IMG/VR virus record: IMGVR_UViG_3300045988_081755
Length of the DNA stretch: 64,000 nt
DNA from: a virus
Reading direction: 5' to 3' (one strand)
The notes under the pieces are model-generated. The model was not told where the DNA came from, did no database searches, and saw only the letters and a program-made list of their open reading frames with translations. Numbering within the stretch: the stretch's first letter is position 1; each line of letters opens with the position of its first letter. This document shows positions 34,610-43,142 of the stretch, piece by piece. The position numbers were made by a program, and so were the translations under genes.

Positions 34610-36244
34610 TTATTTTCTTCGGGGGACAGGTTTCTTTTCAGGTTCCCGAGCTCCCTTTGCCGATAAATATTCTTTTAACGACTGTTTTGTTTGCTTCTTA
34701 TTTAACGTCTCTTTTGGCTCTTGCGGGACACTTTCCCCCTCGCCCACTACCTTTGTACCAAATACTCCTGGAGCTATCTCTACTCGCTCCTTTCGTTCCC
34801 CAACAGCCGACTCACCGTTTCCCTTCTTAGAGCGACGGCTTTCCAACTTGTCAAGAGCTGACATATCAAGAACCGCCTCTTCAGTTGTTGAACGTGAAAT
34901 ATCGTAGAAGAAGCCATTCTCGTAATTAGTAGGAATGCGAATGATAATTCCGTTGTTCTTATAGTTACGGAGTTTATCACAATAAATACGAGCGATGTTC
35001 TTCTTTCCTTCTTCGATAGTTATGTTACCCGTGAACACGAATGAGAATGGCTTGATAAGTGTACGGTCGCCCTCTGTATTCTGACGAGTGATTACTCGTG
35101 TTGGGTCATTCCACACTTCGAAGGGAACATCCCCTGTTTGAGTAGCTGTTATCACCACACAGTCATACTTCTTCGCAATATCCTTGAGCCGTTGGGCACA
35201 CTTCTGTAACCTGTATTTGAGAAAGCTGGGGTCGAAGTCTATCTTCTTGTTTTCCCCCGACAGTAACAGGTCAAGCGAGTCGATACATATCAAGTCAGGA
35301 TAGTAACCATACTCTTTCTTATAGTCCTCAATCGCCTGCACCAAATCCGCTATCGTCATGTCCATCATCTCTTCTGAAGCATACACGTCAATATCGGAGT
35401 TCACGGTTGCTGCCCTCTTGATGAGAGCTGATATTCGTGAACGTGTCTCATCGGTGATTTCACCCCTCATTATCTTTGAATAGGTAGTGTTCGCGAGCAT
35501 TTGGTCAAACTTCACCACGCACTCTTCACGACCACCCTCTAACTGAAAGTGAAGACAGTGATTATGGGCGATTGATGTATTGTACCACGAGAAGTATTTC
35601 AGAGCGGTTGATTTACCAACTCCGGAGCGCATAATAATCAATGCAGTATCCTGTCGGGGAATACCACCGTCAGTCAGTTCGTCTATCGTTGAAATTCCTG
35701 TCGGTATCTTTGCCCGACGAGTTTCATCCTCGGCTTTCATTTGTGCCGTTCCTATGTTACGATAGAAATCCCTGTACACACGGGAAAACTTCCCACGAAA
35801 TTTATCAAGAGAAAAAGCGTTAATTTCCGCCATTCTTCTTTCCAGCAAAAGCATCGCCTCTTCCGGCTTTCCTTCATTATACATATCCCCGACCTCGTGC
35901 TGAGTAGCCACGAATGTCTGACGTCTAATAAAGGTTTCAAGCTGCCTGACCATAGGGTCGTATTCAGGGAGCTTGATAGCTTTCACATCTTCAATTTTCT
36001 TGAGCACATCCTTGTTAGAAGGAAAAGCCATTTCAACCATGCCAAACGTTGCCAAGTTACCCGACTTCTTCATCGTGTCTGACAGAACTTTCAGCATAGC
36101 TTTACAGCCTCCCAACTCTCTCGGGAAGTTACTCAAGTCGAGATTATCTACAACCAACGCAGCGAACTGTTTATTCGCGAACGCCAGTCGTAGCATTTCC
36201 TCTACGAAATTCGGACTCAATATTGCGTCAACCTTTTTTGCCAT
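34610..36244 (-). CDS. DnaB/gp4-like replicative helicase with a basic C-terminal tail
   Basis: Walker A MRSGVGKST and Walker B DLICIDSLD in a RecA-like core, with an N-terminal helical domain. The tail reads ..GAREPEKKPVPRRK. Confidence 0.72.
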   Translation of the reverse strand: MAKKVDAILSPNFVEEMLRLAFANKQFAALVVDNLDLSNFPRELGGCKAMLKVLSDTMKKSGNLATFGMVEMAFPSNKDVLKKIEDVKAIKLPEYDPMVRQLETFIRRQTFVATQHEVGDMYNEGKPEEAMLLLERRMAEINAFSLDKFRGKFSRVYRDFYRNIGTAQMKAEDETRRAKIPTGISTIDELTDGGIPRQDTALIIMRSGVGKSTALKYFSWYNTSIAHNHCLHFQLEGGREECVVKFDQMLANTTYSKIMRGEITDETRSRISALIKRAATVNSDIDVYASEEMMDMTIADLVQAIEDYKKEYGYYPDLICIDSLDLLLSGENKKIDFDPSFLKYRLQKCAQRLKDIAKKYDCVVITATQTGDVPFEVWNDPTRVITRQNTEGDRTLIKPFSFVFTGNITIEEGKKNIARIYCDKLRNYKNNGIIIRIPTNYENGFFYDISRSTTEEAVLDMSALDKLESRRSKKGNGESAVGERKERVEIAPGVFGTKVVGEGESVPQEPKETLNKKQTKQSLKEYLSAKGAREPEKKPVPRRK

Positions 36245-36254
36245 ATCATTTCAA

Positions 36255-38354
36255 TTATACTGCATCAACTTTAATTAGAACGGTGCTCTCTCGTAGCTTG
36301 TTAATTGCCATGAAAGATGAAGAAACTGTATCATCGTGCCCACTGATACTCTCAAGAGTTCCCTTATCGCTTCGAAAAGCAACACTATTGAACTCCCCAA
36401 ACATCTGGTCTACTTTTTGCTTCGTATCCGGATGATACGGGCACTTGATAGCTCCTCTCTCATATAACGCTGCGAGCGACGCCCATCCTGTTCTCAAATC
36501 CTTTTTATTCCCGGAAGTAGTCGTGAATGGCGTGATGTTCTTTATTCCCATTTGAACGCACATATCAGCCAAAATACTTTGAAAGCCGTTGTTCTCAACT
36601 ACTATCTCATTTGGCTTAAATACACGGTTCAACAAATCTATCTTTGATATCTGTTCATTATGGGATAAGCCTTTCTCACGGTAAATGTGCAACAGGTAGT
36701 AATTTCCTTGGATATCCTTTCCCCAAACTGTATAGCAGGTATAGTCGGCTCCCACGTTACCCGACACGGCAAAGTCGCAACCAATCACCACCCGTACCAA
36801 CTTGATAGGAAAAGACTCAATATTATCTACCAACCTGATGTTTTCCATCCCGATTGTACTCCTCTTTAATATCTCCCAAGGGAATATTGTACTGTCGTCG
36901 GAAATAGGTACGACAAGGTACTCACGAGAGAATACCATCGTCCCCAGAGACAGTTTTTCCTCCATTAGCTTATTCCATGTGAAGCGGTCAGGAGCTAACA
37001 GACGTCCGTCCGGAAATATTGCAGGGTACTCAAAGACCTTGAACTTCGGGTCTTTCTTTAATTCGGCATATAAGTCCTCCTGCTGATACGGTGTACCATC
37101 AACGAGATTATACCCATACGGCTCAACAATAGGAGTGATAGCACCTTTAAACAGGTCTCTCAGCTTCTCACGCTGTTCCAGCGAATAGATACTACTTTCG
37201 TCAGGCAAGTCATCACTGACTGCTGCCCCAACGTGAAGACCACGAATAAACCCGTCCTTTCCACGTAGGTGTAATTTCGTACCATTTTCACATTCTATAC
37301 TCGTCGCTGCCAGTGAAGCCTTCCCAGTAGGGTTCAGTTTCGCTGCCAACGCTTCATTCACACGAATTTCCTCTACCACCTTGTCGATATGCTGTTTACC
37401 CAGCTTCTCCGTATTGGTGATAATACAGGTTTCCTGACGATTCTTATTATCTGGAATGTCAGGTCTCATAAACGTTGGTCGTCTATAACTATACAGCCTC
37501 CACAACGGAAACGCCATACAGAACTCATAGGAGTTGTGAACAACGGTTCCATCCTCTAATTGAAACAGGTGGTCACCATCGCACATAAATCCATAATAAG
37601 ACTCTTCCCCTATCGGTGAAACTGTTATATTACTCCTTTCTAAGACAGGCTTATCAAATGAGAAAACTCTGTACCCCTGAAATCTTCTTTGTTTCTTTTC
37701 AGGATACTTCAGGAATTGACCCATTTCAATCTCAACATATTTCTTTCGCTTCGTATCCCACAGGCACATCACGTGTGCTCGGTTCACCGCATATGGCATA
37801 CCGTTTTCTTGCTCAACCCTGAACATCTGTGCCCGACCTATATGCCGAGTCAGAACTTTTCGAGGTGTAAAATCAATTCCCATGACTTCCATTCCGGGAT
37901 AAATGTCTTCAACGTTCTTCACGGAAAAGTCCGCCATTAAGATACGAGTCCCTCTGGCAAAACACTTTCCGTGAGAACGAGCAGCAAGATAAGCACTGTT
38001 CGGATATAGTTGAACCATGTTCCCCCATTCAAGATTTCTCCAACCTTGACGAAAATTAGGAAGCATAGTCGTTTTGAAATAGTTGTACGACTGAACCTTT
38101 AAGGTCTCATCCATTGATTCCTCTAATTGGTCAATGTAGTTAAGCCGTTCAGTCTCAAGAGTAGTATTTAGGGAAAGAACATTATTTGTCTGAATGAAGA
38201 TTTCTGATAGGAGTGCGTCCACATCACCCCCATAGCCGTTCATCAACTGATTTACAGCCACAGGTGGTAAAGACTCTATAACGTTGAACGCAGTAGAAAA
38301 GACGGTGTCCAACTGTTTATATGATAGCTTCAAATCTTCATTAAAATGTATCAT
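36255..38354 (-). CDS. terL: terminase large subunit interrupted by a mini-intein
   Basis: The exteins total ~555 aa. Walker A reads LAARSHGK|S across the intein. The C-terminal nuclease region carries VVIGCDFAVSG. Confidence 0.78.
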   Translation of the reverse strand: MIHFNEDLKLSYKQLDTVFSTAFNVIESLPPVAVNQLMNGYGGDVDALLSEIFIQTNNVLSLNTTLETERLNYIDQLEESMDETLKVQSYNYFKTTMLPNFRQGWRNLEWGNMVQLYPNSAYLAARSHGKCFARGTRILMADFSVKNVEDIYPGMEVMGIDFTPRKVLTRHIGRAQMFRVEQENGMPYAVNRAHVMCLWDTKRKKYVEIEMGQFLKYPEKKQRRFQGYRVFSFDKPVLERSNITVSPIGEESYYGFMCDGDHLFQLEDGTVVHNSYEFCMAFPLWRLYSYRRPTFMRPDIPDNKNRQETCIITNTEKLGKQHIDKVVEEIRVNEALAAKLNPTGKASLAATSIECENGTKLHLRGKDGFIRGLHVGAAVSDDLPDESSIYSLEQREKLRDLFKGAITPIVEPYGYNLVDGTPYQQEDLYAELKKDPKFKVFEYPAIFPDGRLLAPDRFTWNKLMEEKLSLGTMVFSREYLVVPISDDSTIFPWEILKRSTIGMENIRLVDNIESFPIKLVRVVIGCDFAVSGNVGADYTCYTVWGKDIQGNYYLLHIYREKGLSHNEQISKIDLLNRVFKPNEIVVENNGFQSILADMCVQMGIKNITPFTTTSGNKKDLRTGWASLAALYERGAIKCPYHPDTKQKVDQMFGEFNSVAFRSDKGTLESISGHDDTVSSSFMAINKLRESTVLIKVDAV
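37533..37964 (-). mobile_element. 144-aa mini-intein (no endonuclease domain) in the terminase P-loop
   Basis: Starts with CFARGTRILMADF (block A). Block B-like AVNRAHVMCL. Block F/G YYGFMCDGDHLFQLEDGTVVHN, followed by +1 Ser. Codon positions were checked against the DNA. Confidence 0.8.
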
Positions 38355-38357
38355 ATC

Positions 38358-39041
38358 TTAAACCAATTGGAACTTTTCTATGAATCTTGATTCTTTTCTG
38401 GTTGATGAAATTGTCGGAGCTGCGGAGCCACCTGTTCCTCTCATGTGCTCAATGTACTTCAGCATCAATAAAGCATTGGCTCTCGTATCAATAAGCGCAC
38501 GGTGGGCATCTACCAATTCAACACCCTCAAGTCGGCAGCAGGTTCCGAGTTTATAGTTCTCTTGCTCAATGGCTCTGTAATACGCCAATTTCTGAGTATC
38601 CTCAACCCAGCGAACATAGTTGTAGACGTCATCTTTATTCCATTTGAACATCTCCTCTATGAACGGCATATCGAAGCCTTGAAAGTTGTGTCCGCACAAT
38701 ACGGCTCCAACTTTTGTATTCTTGTATTTTGACAGAATAGAGGCATAACCCCTGTATGCTTCTTTGATATCAACTCCGTTCTTAAACAGGTTTTCTTGGG
38801 ATAACCCATGAACGGCTTCTGCCTGTGGTGACCATTGATATTTGTCGACATACGGTTTAATCAGAACATCGAACTCTTCGACTATCTTCATATCCCAAAT
38901 ATCAATAACAACTGCTGCAACCTCTATGAGCAGAATGTCATGAAATGCTAATACAGGCTCTTTTCCTTTACCACCTTTCGATGGTAAGCCTGATGTCTCG
39001 GTATCACTAACCGTGATGTACCTCAAATTGCTTTTTGCCAT
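38358..39041 (-). CDS. dnaQ: DnaQ-like 3'-5' proofreading exonuclease
   Basis: Exo I VSDTETSG, Exo II CGHNFQGFDMPF and Exo III HRALIDT. Confidence 0.85.
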   Translation of the reverse strand: MAKSNLRYITVSDTETSGLPSKGGKGKEPVLAFHDILLIEVAAVVIDIWDMKIVEEFDVLIKPYVDKYQWSPQAEAVHGLSQENLFKNGVDIKEAYRGYASILSKYKNTKVGAVLCGHNFQGFDMPFIEEMFKWNKDDVYNYVRWVEDTQKLAYYRAIEQENYKLGTCCRLEGVELVDAHRALIDTRANALLMLKYIEHMRGTGGSAAPTISSTRKESRFIEKFQLV

Positions 39042-39054
39042 AATCGTCTTTATT

Positions 39055-39441
39055 TTAAGAAATCATAAATTTCAAATCTTCTAAATCTCGGTCTCTGACC
39101 TCAACATCGTCGTAAACCAATACAAGGTTTAAGACAGGGTTCTTTTCACCTTTCAATCCCAAGGGAAAGTCATTTAACACTATCGTAGGCTCACCCTCCA
39201 TTGTAATATCAGCACGACACTGAATCACATAAAACTTGATGACAGCCTGTTCAGTTCTGTCATGAAATTGAAACAATTTTGAATTGAACTTCTTTTCAAG
39301 TTTCTCAATAAACTTGCTGAAAGATTCAATAAACTTTTCTTCGGTTTCGCTATTGCCCCCATCAATTAGGAGGTCAGCCAACCGCTTCGCCCCGAACAGT
39401 AAGCAAAGCCTCATGAGAATACCTGTTATTCTTTCATCCAT
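39055..39441 (-). CDS. hypothetical protein
   Basis: 128-aa ORF. No motif recognised. Confidence 0.45.
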   Translation of the reverse strand: MDERITGILMRLCLLFGAKRLADLLIDGGNSETEEKFIESFSKFIEKLEKKFNSKLFQFHDRTEQAVIKFYVIQCRADITMEGEPTIVLNDFPLGLKGEKNPVLNLVLVYDDVEVRDRDLEDLKFMIS

Positions 39442-39448
39442 TGTGCTA

Positions 39449-39456
39449 CAAATTTA
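39449..39456 (-). promoter_or_regulatory. -7 box TAAATTTG very close to the next start codon
   Basis: Minus strand reads GTAAATTTGTAGCACA-ATG. This implies a leaderless or very short-leader mRNA, if the box is functional. Confidence 0.3.
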
Positions 39457-39460
39457 CTAA

Positions 39461-39874
39461 TTAAATATCATCTTTACAAACCGATGTTCTCGTCCCAAAC
39501 TCATACTCCTGATGACACTTTGGGCACGTGAGTTCTATGTTTGTTTTCTCAAGCCTTAACTCGGGAAATGCTCCTTTGGATTTAATGTGGCTAAAATATA
39601 TCGGTTTTAGAGGCTCAGGGAGCTTTGCGCCACAATGCGTACACACGTGAGCACGCTCCGCCCATATTTCCTTAAAGAGAGCCAATTCACCCGTTGCTGG
39701 TCGGAGTTTAGGTTTCTTCGCCTTATTCCTTTCCGCACGAACCTCAAATCGGGACTTCCCTTTGTGGAGCCTCTTATAGTTACAGTCGTCACAAAGGCAC
39801 TTCGTCTTATTCACGATGTAACGGTATTTGCCGCACTCCTTACAGTTCTGAAATGGTTCGTTATTCTTCGCCAT
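39461..39874 (-). CDS. Zn-finger / HNH-like nuclease (NinG-like)
   Basis: CKECG..CLCDDC, then CTHCG, SHIKSKG..N..CPKCH. The pattern is compatible with an HNH fold. Confidence 0.4.
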   Translation of the reverse strand: MAKNNEPFQNCKECGKYRYIVNKTKCLCDDCNYKRLHKGKSRFEVRAERNKAKKPKLRPATGELALFKEIWAERAHVCTHCGAKLPEPLKPIYFSHIKSKGAFPELRLEKTNIELTCPKCHQEYEFGTRTSVCKDDI

Positions 39875-40520
39875 AATCTGTCATCCTTGATATTTCCCTT
39901 AATGTAACGTGCGTCCCGTTTAGCTGTTTCAGCTCCTCATCGCTTTTATCCGCTTCAGACGCTTTTTGATATAGATTCTTCCCACTCTTGTCCTTTACGA
40001 ATAACATTTCACAGTCTTTCTTGAACGGACACGAATAGCATATATCGTCATCAGGATTATACGGGTTATCACCAAATTTCGCAGCGCAAAAATTCGGACC
40101 AGATATTCTTGACATCCTCAACCGTTCCCGTCTAAACACGTCATCTGATACAGGCTGATAATTCGTAGATGCCACAGGGTTCTTCAACCCCTTTTCTCTT
40201 GCCCACTCCTTTGCGTGCCACTTTGCTTCTTCCGAATATTCCTTCCAGCGTTTCCATGCTTCTTTTCCCATAAACCAGCTCGGCATAGGTTTCAGCTCAT
40301 GTTCTTGGGATGAATACACATGGAATTGAAACAATAAAAAGTCCCAAATGAAATCCGCTCCTGCTGATGGTGGAAGGCTACCAAGAAAAGATACAACCGT
40401 AGAACGGTGTAAAGGTTTATTCATCTTTATCGTTCTCGGCTGTACCTTTGTTGCCCTCACCTGAAGATATTCATATATCCGCAGGACAATCTTTAGAGAA
40501 GTGTTATAATCATACAGCAT
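39861..40520 (-). CDS. hypothetical protein
   Basis: 219-aa ORF. Trp/Lys-rich centre and a CYSCPFKKDC motif. No family recognised. Confidence 0.45.
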   Translation of the reverse strand: MLYDYNTSLKIVLRIYEYLQVRATKVQPRTIKMNKPLHRSTVVSFLGSLPPSAGADFIWDFLLFQFHVYSSQEHELKPMPSWFMGKEAWKRWKEYSEEAKWHAKEWAREKGLKNPVASTNYQPVSDDVFRRERLRMSRISGPNFCAAKFGDNPYNPDDDICYSCPFKKDCEMLFVKDKSGKNLYQKASEADKSDEELKQLNGTHVTLREISRMTDYGEE

Positions 40521-40537
40521 AATCGTCTTTAATTTAG

Positions 40538-40561
40538 GAAGAGGGAAATTACTCCCTCTTC
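40538..40561 (-). terminator. hairpin or terminator candidate
   Basis: GAAGAGGGA-N6-TCCCTCTTC (9-bp stem), immediately after the stop at 40565. Confidence 0.45.
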
Positions 40562-40564
40562 ATT

Positions 40565-41134
40565 TTACTCCCAATCTATCGTCACGTCAATTGACTCCTG
40601 TTGGGGGTGGGTTACAGGTTTATAACGTCGTCCCGTCGGGTCTTGGGGGTCTGGCTCACAGACGTCATTATATTGCTGTTTGGCAGCATCCACATCAACG
40701 TGTCGACAGAACCATAAACCTATCTCATCTCCGGGATTCAAATCACCAACCTCAAGAACCGCATCTTCCGTCATATCAATGAACTTTGCCCTGAATGGTT
40801 TATTATTCGGGGATAGTACATTCTCCATTGACTTCTGATTGTATTTGTTCACAACGTTCATCTCCCCAATAGCTAATTTGTAGGAACAAATCGCATCCTC
40901 GGGACGTGTTATCTTTATCGTAATGTTTCGAGCTGGCTGCTGAAATTCATTCTTCAAAACGATAGCACGATATTCGTCTCTTCCTGACTTCATTGTCATC
41001 AATGATATCTCGTCAAACAAGTTCCCAAAGTCATCATTTGAAACAGGGGTGGAGGATTTAAATCCTCCTAATGAACGTTCCGGGTTCGGCTGTTCATTGT
41101 TTGCCCCAGTTGTTGTCGTATAGTACAGTTGCAT
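40565..41134 (-). CDS. hypothetical protein (possibly virion-associated)
   Basis: 189-aa ORF at the edge of the structural block. No motif I can name securely. Confidence 0.4.
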   Translation of the reverse strand: MQLYYTTTTGANNEQPNPERSLGGFKSSTPVSNDDFGNLFDEISLMTMKSGRDEYRAIVLKNEFQQPARNITIKITRPEDAICSYKLAIGEMNVVNKYNQKSMENVLSPNNKPFRAKFIDMTEDAVLEVGDLNPGDEIGLWFCRHVDVDAAKQQYNDVCEPDPQDPTGRRYKPVTHPQQESIDVTIDWE

Positions 41135-41137
41135 AAT

Positions 41138-41740
41138 TCAAGACAATTTTAGTTTTAAAATCTTATTTCTTCTCATTATCTGAGCCTCAGACAATTTACG
41201 TCTATGCTCCTCGGTCATCTTTTTACCAAAGAATGGGTGATTCTTTCCACTCTTTGAAGCGGACATTTTCTTACGAGTATCTTCCGAATGTCTTTTATGG
41301 TAGAAGGGATTCTTCTTTCCAATTTTTGACTCAGAAAGCCTCCTTCTTTTCTCTGGGGTTAAATTTTCTCTTCTTTTAGATTCAGCCATCTTTTTAATGG
41401 CGTCTTCAGAAAGACTCATCCCCAAAGTTCCCTCACCACCATCGGTTGAATTATAACCATGTTTTCGGGTGTCGAATTTCTGAATGAAATACTGTTCGAG
41501 AAAATCGAGTTTCTTCTTAAGAACGTCTTTCGTAGGAGCGGAAACTGTCAGAACTTCTTCAACCAGGAAGTTCTCCTCACCATACTTTCGTATGGCTCGG
41601 TGGAACTTGTGGTCGGAGCCTCGTTCGGTTGAACAAATATGCCTCCTCCATCTATTTTCTATGGAGTAAACTGTCTGCCCAAAGTACCATTTCCCAGTGG
41701 GCAGACAGGTGACGCAATATATTCGACCATTGAAGCTCAT
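41138..41740 (-). CDS. GIY-YIG homing endonuclease
   Basis: GRIYCVTCLPTGKWYFGQT, RWRRH, YGEENF and GYNSTDGGEG, plus three NUMOD3-like K(R/K)HSE..R.K.S repeats. Confidence 0.85.
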   Translation of the reverse strand: MSFNGRIYCVTCLPTGKWYFGQTVYSIENRWRRHICSTERGSDHKFHRAIRKYGEENFLVEEVLTVSAPTKDVLKKKLDFLEQYFIQKFDTRKHGYNSTDGGEGTLGMSLSEDAIKKMAESKRRENLTPEKRRRLSESKIGKKNPFYHKRHSEDTRKKMSASKSGKNHPFFGKKMTEEHRRKLSEAQIMRRNKILKLKLS

Positions 41741-41742
41741 AA

Positions 41743-43128
41743 TTAATCGTCAGATTTTACCTTCACCATCACACCCTCGTATTCACCCGTTCCAGCCGGA
41801 GTTGGTACAGTAAACAGTTCTGAGCCACCGTTTGAAGTCGTAGTTTCGAAGTCCCAATAATCAGCCTGAGTGTCCTCTACGAACGTAGCTGTGTAAACAG
41901 TATCAGCAGAAGCCACAACGTCCTGAATTGCGGTTTGGTTGAACGCCACACCACCTTTCAGCCAGCCAGCAAACTTGTATCCAGGAACAGCCTGTGCGCA
42001 TATCTGTACAGTTGTGCCCATAGGAACGGAAATTGACTCTTCGGCTTTCGTTATCGTCGCTGAATTGTTAATTGAAACAGCTCCTTGAGATACACCACCG
42101 CTGGCTGTCTTGACGGTAATCTTCACATCTTGAATCGGGTCGGGGTCTTCTTCGAGAACAATATTCAAAGTTTCATTCTTTCCAATTACAGTATAGTTTC
42201 CGGACTTCGTCAAGTATCCTGGCTTGGATACTGACCAAATCAAAGTACGACCATCTATCGCCTCTACGCTGTTAGTAACCACACCATCAATGATTACTTT
42301 CGCATCCGCCGGAGTCGGGTTGATTGTTATCGTATAAGTCTGACCAGAACCTCCAGAGCCACCCAATGTCCAGTATTGAGTTCTTTCATCCAATATCGTT
42401 ACTGAACCACCATTGTTACGGATACGAGCAATGTAATACTCATTGGCATCCTTTGGCGGCATAGTGCCCTCTGATGGCTCTGGTACGAGAGTCAATTTAT
42501 ACGTGTCAAACGTATATAAGCCTTCCAACTGTTCGTCGGTAAAACGACGTCCCATCGGTATGCTACCCAATACGATAACTCGAAGTTGAGTTTCAGCTTG
42601 AAACGCCACACCGCTCGAAAGAACAACGTTATTCGCATTGATGATATCTACAATCTGATAGACCTGATTGTTTAAAGGCTGTGAACCGTCATCCTTCACA
42701 AACCGAATGCAGGTAGGAACGCCAGAACTTTGCCCTCTAACAATTCCCTGAAAATTGACAGTTCCGGAAACGTTTCCGGAAGTATCTACTTGAACATATC
42801 CGTTCTCGTAATTTCTTGAATCGGGACTAACTTTCAACCAGTAATATTTCTGGTCATTAGGAATCGGGAAGTCAAGCTGGTTATCAACTCGGTATCCTTT
42901 CAAGTCAGAACCGATAACGTAGCCACCCACCATATTGATTGCTCCCAATGTGGTAGACGCTGTTACCTTAAATGCTGACCCTGCTTTTCCTCCTGGAGAT
43001 ACCAAACCGAAGGAGAGGGAAGCGGCAAAGATTGCCGACACTTCAGGTTTCTCGTTCAGGAATGTCATCATCCGAGTGAGCTCTTCCTTTTCGAGGAACG
43101 TACCTCTGTGAATGTTTATCTTACTCAT
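41743..43128 (-). CDS. fibre or receptor-binding-like structural protein (PEGA-like domain plus one InlB B-repeat)
   Basis: NPTPADAKVIIDGVV..GYLTKSGNYTV (PEGA-like) and a C-terminal PGYKFAGWLKGG..TVYTATF repeat. Confidence 0.45.
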   Translation of the reverse strand: MSKINIHRGTFLEKEELTRMMTFLNEKPEVSAIFAASLSFGLVSPGGKAGSAFKVTASTTLGAINMVGGYVIGSDLKGYRVDNQLDFPIPNDQKYYWLKVSPDSRNYENGYVQVDTSGNVSGTVNFQGIVRGQSSGVPTCIRFVKDDGSQPLNNQVYQIVDIINANNVVLSSGVAFQAETQLRVIVLGSIPMGRRFTDEQLEGLYTFDTYKLTLVPEPSEGTMPPKDANEYYIARIRNNGGSVTILDERTQYWTLGGSGGSGQTYTITINPTPADAKVIIDGVVTNSVEAIDGRTLIWSVSKPGYLTKSGNYTVIGKNETLNIVLEEDPDPIQDVKITVKTASGGVSQGAVSINNSATITKAEESISVPMGTTVQICAQAVPGYKFAGWLKGGVAFNQTAIQDVVASADTVYTATFVEDTQADYWDFETTTSNGGSELFTVPTPAGTGEYEGVMVKVKSDD

Positions 43129-43142
43129 ATTATCAAAATTTA

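Noticed and set aside
4387-41740. Group I introns associated with the four GIY-YIG genes.
   Set aside because: All four genes sit between complete neighbouring genes that have their own start and stop codons. No flanking gene appears split, and there is no non-coding sequence long enough for an intron core.
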